Shown: piece by piece, positions 27,328 through 28,174 of the stretch
How the letters are laid out: every line of letters starts with the position of its first letter
Numbering within the stretch: the first letter of the stretch is position 1
Origin: a virus
Taxonomy: Duplodnaviria; Caudoviricetes
Direction: 5' to 3' (one strand)
Virus record (IMG/VR): IMGVR_UViG_3300005512_000255
Coordinates: 1-28,174 of that record
DNA length: 28,174 nt
Made by a program: the position numbers and the translations under genes
The notes under the pieces: model-generated
What the model was told of the DNA's origin: nothing
Database searches by the model: none
The model's input: the letters and a program-made list of their open reading frames with translations, nothing else

Positions 27328-28174
27328 TTAATTAAAAATTATTGAATCTGTTCCTGCTGTAAATGTTGTTATTTTATTATTACCAGATGTTGTCGTTGAA
27401 CTTGTCAATCCTCCTCCTACTGAAATGGTATATGTATTTGGATATACAATTACAATTATACCTGAACTTCCGTCTTGTGAGGCAGAACCACCTCCTATTC
27501 CGCCGTTTCCTGTATTAGCGGCTTGTGTAGATGTTGGATTTGGTCCCCCAGTTCCTGTTGTACCGCCTCCTGCGGCATATGTTACAGCAGATCCTGTAAT
27601 AGAAACTGATAAGCCTGACCCTGGAGTTGCATTACTACCAGCACTTCCAGCGCCACCACCACCACCACCAAAATTACCAGATTCACTACCATTTCCACCT
27701 TGATGGCCTTGACCTGTTGTACCTGCTGCTCCAATACCATCGCTTTCTTTACCACCACCACCAGATCCACCTGTATTTGGATCTATACTGTTAGCTCCTC
27801 CACCTCCGCCTCCTATAGAGGTTATAGTTGCGAAAACAGAATTTGATCCATTATTCCCTATTGCATTACCTCCTGACTTAGCAGGCCCCCCTGCTCCTAC
27901 TGTAACCGTGTAATTTGTTGCTGGAGATAAAGTTAATGCGCTTTCTGCAGTTGCTCCACCACCAGATACTCCACCATAAGAGGTACGGAGTCCGCCTGCT
28001 CCACCTCCTCCACCAGAAGCAGTACCTCCAACACAGGTTCCCCCACTACCGCCCCCAGCTACTACTAAATAATCTACATTTATTTGTGGAATAGCTATTG
28101 CTGATGTGCCCTCATTTGCGGCTGTTTTTACTTTCCATCCTTTTGTTGCATCTGTATATATTAAAATAACAGAA
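27328..28174 (-). CDS. Glycine-rich fibre protein, 5'-truncated by the window edge
   Basis: Not in the track (no start in the window). Open from 28173: SVILIYTDATKGWKV...VDYLVVAGGGSGG...GGGAGGLRTSYGG...YTVTVGAGG...SSGIIVIVYPN...FTAGTDSIIFN, stop TAA 27330-27328. Confidence 0.8.
   Translation of the reverse strand, partial: SVILIYTDATKGWKVKTAANEGTSAIAIPQINVDYLVVAGGGSGGTCVGGTASGGGGGAGGLRTSYGGVSGGGATAESALTLSPATNYTVTVGAGGPAKSGGNAIGNNGSNSVFATITSIGGGGGGANSIDPNTGGSGGGGKESDGIGAAGTTGQGHQGGNGSESGNFGGGGGGAGSAGSNATPGSGLSVSITGSAVTYAAGGGTTGTGGPNPTSTQAANTGNGGIGGGSASQDGSSGIIVIVYPNTYTISVGGGLTSSTTTSGNNKITTFTAGTDSIIFN

Noticed and set aside
3400-27703. All plus-strand ORFs in the track (e.g. 15220..15555, 16309..16632, 17041..17409, 17403..17726, 26074..26430, 26478..26816)
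   Set aside because: Antisense shadows of well-supported minus-strand genes, mostly codon-aligned, with no recognisable motifs or independent signals.
1-28174. Alternative genetic code (TAG or TGA reassignment), as in some crAss-like phages
   Set aside because: All core genes are full length under the standard code and tile the window; no genes are fragmented by TAG or TGA.
18766-28174. Diversity-generating retroelement or invertase-type shuffling of fibre genes
   Set aside because: No reverse transcriptase or recombinase, and no near-identical repeat pair differing only at adenines was seen; paralogs differ by ordinary substitutions.

Overview
AT-rich phage DNA in which all credible genes lie on the minus strand. 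It is the virion-morphogenesis region of a crAss-like-related (Crassvirales/Cellulophaga-Flavobacterium-phage type) podovirus. A Bacteroidota host is inferred from A/T-rich start contexts with no Shine-Dalgarno. In transcription order (right to left): a cluster of fibre, adapter and chaperone genes interrupted by a free-standing GIY-YIG homing endonuclease whose start codon is ATA; a LamG-containing fibre; two small conserved genes; a double GroES-like gene; putative terS; terL; portal; acidic scaffold; major capsid protein; a conserved post-capsid gene; two tail ring proteins; and a muzzle/stabilization protein split over two genes. The most interesting signal is a hidden layer of three same-strand +1-frame ORFs in core genes, each coinciding with a local GC peak. 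Two lie inside terL (a 171-aa membrane-anchored or lipoprotein-like ORF and a 60-aa ORF) and one lies inside the acidic scaffold gene (a 39-aa very basic MPFKxKAQ peptide). All product calls come from motif recognition by eye and GC values are hand counts; no searches were run.
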